A stretch of 43,703 nt of DNA, taken from IMG/VR virus record IMGVR_UViG_3300032435_000019; one strand, written 5' to 3'. This DNA comes from a virus. The position numbers were made by a program, and so were the translations under genes. Shown here one piece after another: positions 41,909 through 43,703 of this stretch (position 1 is its first letter; every line of letters starts with the position of its first letter). Below the pieces are notes generated by a model. It was not told where the DNA came from. It saw only the letters and a program-made list of their open reading frames with translations, and made no database searches.

Positions 41909-43703
41909 TTAGGCGTTCGGGGTGAGCGCTTCTATTTGCGGCGGGTATAGAAACATCAGGTCGACCCTGACCCAATCGACGGAGGCGTTTAGTACGGCTC
42001 CCGCCACCCTTCTGTAGCTGAGTATTGCCTCGATTTTTGCGGTTCCTGGCGGTATTGCGACGAGCCTGTTGCCGGTGACTTTCTCGGAGCCACCTTTTGC
42101 GCCTGGGACTACTTTTTTGAGCAAAACGGTGTCGTTGATGTTTTTAAATAGGAAATGTCCGGTCGCTTGATCACAATCCTCGCCTCCGTTTGTACCGTGG
42201 ATTATGCAGTTCGCGTAGTTGAACTCGCCGGCGGGCATTGCGACGGTTTGGCGGGCATCCGATTGCAGGGAGTTTGATCCGCCGACCATCGCATAGCTGC
42301 CGGTGTCCACATATTCGTTTCCGGTGTCTAGGTAGGGATTGCCGGTTATCTCCCATCCCGCAAAATTGCCCAGCCAGAAGTCCTCGTTTGCAATGGGTAG
42401 CTTAGTAATCGCGGGCCTGTATCCGCTATTGGTGTCGCGGCCCCATCGGATGCGGACGTTGTCGCCTCCGGCGCTTAGAATATGGGTGGTTAGTCCTTGC
42501 CTGGTAGCGAACCAGCCGATCTTTGCTGTGACGGCTCCTGGCGGGACCCAGGTGGTGTTGTCGATATATTCTTTGAGCGGCCCTACTGTCTCTTCGTCGT
42601 CGTTTACGCTGTGGCTAGCGTTTCCGCTTGTAGTTCGGTGGTAGTCGCCGAATCCTTTTATCCGTTGGCCCTGGTCGTCGAAGTACTGGACGAATATGCC
42701 GCTGCAGTCCTGGTCGCCGGCGTCGTGGTATAGAAAAGCCCTAAGGTTCATTAGCTCTATGTTGCTGGGTATCGCTATGGTCTGCTCAAAGTTGACCTGC
42801 CGGTTTACGCCGCCGCCTCTCCAGCCTCTGGTTCCGGAGGCCGGCTGGTCGCTGTCGTCGACCATGACGGTGATGACGATGGGGAAGTCGGCAGTGAGGC
42901 CGCCGTAGACGACCCGTATCCAATTGTCGAAGCCACTGCCCTGCATGAAGTTGTGGTTTAGGATTAGCGCGTCGATCCATTCGTATACTGCTGCGTCGCC
43001 CTGGCCGATCTCGTATTTGGAGTCGGGGTATTGCTCTATTGGTGGCGCGAAGTTCTCGGTATACCTGCCGGCTTTAGTGATTCTGATTTCGTCTATGTTG
43101 CCGCTGATTCGCTCTAGCCCTGAGGCGTTAGCGCCGATCCTTATCTGCTGCAGTAGTAGGTTGCTGCCGTCGTTTATGTCGTTGCCCTGCTTTATTCCTT
43201 GCAGGAAAAAGCGCGTGACGCCTGAGTTTCGGCTGAATGCGAGGTGATAGTAGGGTCCGGCTGTCAGTGGGCTTGTAGTAAAACGGGCGACGCCGCCTAT
43301 TGTGACGACTAGGCCGCCTCCGGTGTTATGCCGTAGCGCGATGCCGTTGCTTACGCCGTTGAAAGCGGTGTCCAAGATCGTCTTGCCATCGAAGTGGGTG
43401 TTTAGCTTGATGGCAAACTCTAAAGTGTAGTCCGCGGTGCTGAAATATAGGGGCTGGTCCTGGGTGCTGCTTAGTATGTCGATCCAGGAATCTATTGTGT
43501 CGATTGATCCGGTGCCAAACTGCGCCGCTCCTGCGTCCTCTTTGAGGTAGGCGTAGCGCGCTGGCGCGACCTGGAGGGCGTTGCTTATCTGATTGACGAT
43601 GCCGTTGTAGTAGGTCGATCTCTGTAGCGGCAGCGGCGCGCTGGGTAGCGTGAATGATTCGGTGTATCTTGCGGCCCTGGTGATTCTTAGCTGCGCGAGC
43701 CAG
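41909..43703 (-). CDS. Tail fibre / receptor-binding protein, C-terminal part of the wrap-around ORF (43577..43703 duplicates 1..127). This part contains the second LamG-like domain.
   Basis: I translated the frame upstream of the track start (the TTG at 43375) by hand to the window end and found no stop. The second LamG-type ending is NIDEIRITKAGRYTENFAPP. The stop is at 41909. Confidence 0.8.
   Translation of the reverse strand, partial: WLAQLRITRAARYTESFTLPSAPLPLQRSTYYNGIVNQISNALQVAPARYAYLKEDAGAAQFGTGSIDTIDSWIDILSSTQDQPLYFSTADYTLEFAIKLNTHFDGKTILDTAFNGVSNGIALRHNTGGGLVVTIGGVARFTTSPLTAGPYYHLAFSRNSGVTRFFLQGIKQGNDINDGSNLLLQQIRIGANASGLERISGNIDEIRITKAGRYTENFAPPIEQYPDSKYEIGQGDAAVYEWIDALILNHNFMQGSGFDNWIRVVYGGLTADFPIVITVMVDDSDQPASGTRGWRGGGVNRQVNFEQTIAIPSNIELMNLRAFLYHDAGDQDCSGIFVQYFDDQGQRIKGFGDYHRTTSGNASHSVNDDEETVGPLKEYIDNTTWVPPGAVTAKIGWFATRQGLTTHILSAGGDNVRIRWGRDTNSGYRPAITKLPIANEDFWLGNFAGWEITGNPYLDTGNEYVDTGSYAMVGGSNSLQSDARQTVAMPAGEFNYANCIIHGTNGGEDCDQATGHFLFKNINDTVLLKKVVPGAKGGSEKVTGNRLVAIPPGTAKIEAILSYRRVAGAVLNASVDWVRVDLMFLYPPQIEALTPNA
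43577..43703. repeat. Second copy of the 127-bp terminal repeat (same as 1..127)
   Basis: Exact identity with 1..127. The unique genome length is therefore 43576 bp. Confidence 0.95.

Noticed and set aside
41909-43703. Diversity-generating retroelement or other targeted hypervariation acting on the LamG fibre or the LTQ-repeat protein
   Set aside because: There is no reverse transcriptase anywhere in the genome. I saw no template/variable repeat pair outside the simple 66-bp tandem duplication.
1-43703. tRNA genes, CRISPR arrays, integrase/attP, toxin-antitoxin pairs
   Set aside because: I saw no cloverleaf-like sequences in the intergenic gaps and no regularly spaced direct repeats. None of the ORFs of 60 aa or more has a recombinase or transposase signature. 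This was a scan by eye only, so tRNAscan-SE and profile searches should confirm it.

Overview
The window is a complete tailed-phage genome of about 43.58 kb, siphovirus type, assembled as a circle. Nucleotides 1..127 are repeated exactly at 43577..43703, and a tail-fibre ORF reads straight through that junction. I count roughly 55 protein genes and saw no tRNA, rRNA, CRISPR array, integrase or transposase. Almost everything is on the minus strand. Reading leftward from about 35750: lambda O/P-like replication genes with an internal iteron origin, a RuvC-like resolvase, a Mor-family activator, a lysis cassette and a ParB-methyltransferase. Then come TerS/TerL, a Mu-like portal, a 1323-aa MuF polyvalent protein, a block of unknown and fibre-like genes, and an embedded early-type island that includes SSB. 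The strand ends with scaffold/decoration/major capsid, Mu-like neck genes, tail tube, tape measure and four large distal tail/fibre genes. A short plus-strand operon (35923..39724) encodes a CI-like regulator, Bet/RecT, a YqaJ-type exonuclease, a PrtN-like protein and two small proteins. Five things deserve most attention. (1) The ParB-DNA methyltransferase carries a domain of about 230 aa between MTase motifs I and IV that resembles fold-type II PLP enzymes (ACC deaminase-like), so it may be a DNA-hypermodification or SAM-directed enzyme. (2) The MuF head protein is fused to a kinase-like domain and a PARP-like H-Y-E ADP-ribosyltransferase domain, so it may be an injected effector. (3) Two phage-specific regulatory motifs recur. 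One is a near-identical 20-mer before three late gene blocks. The other is a CCGGTAT box present 10 times but only in three intergenic regions. (4) An early-type gene island and a promoter/terminator-flanked moron sit inside the structural region. (5) There is no tail-chaperone gene pair between tube and tape measure. All functional calls come from reading motifs and synteny by eye. No database search was run. The host cannot be determined from the sequence alone.
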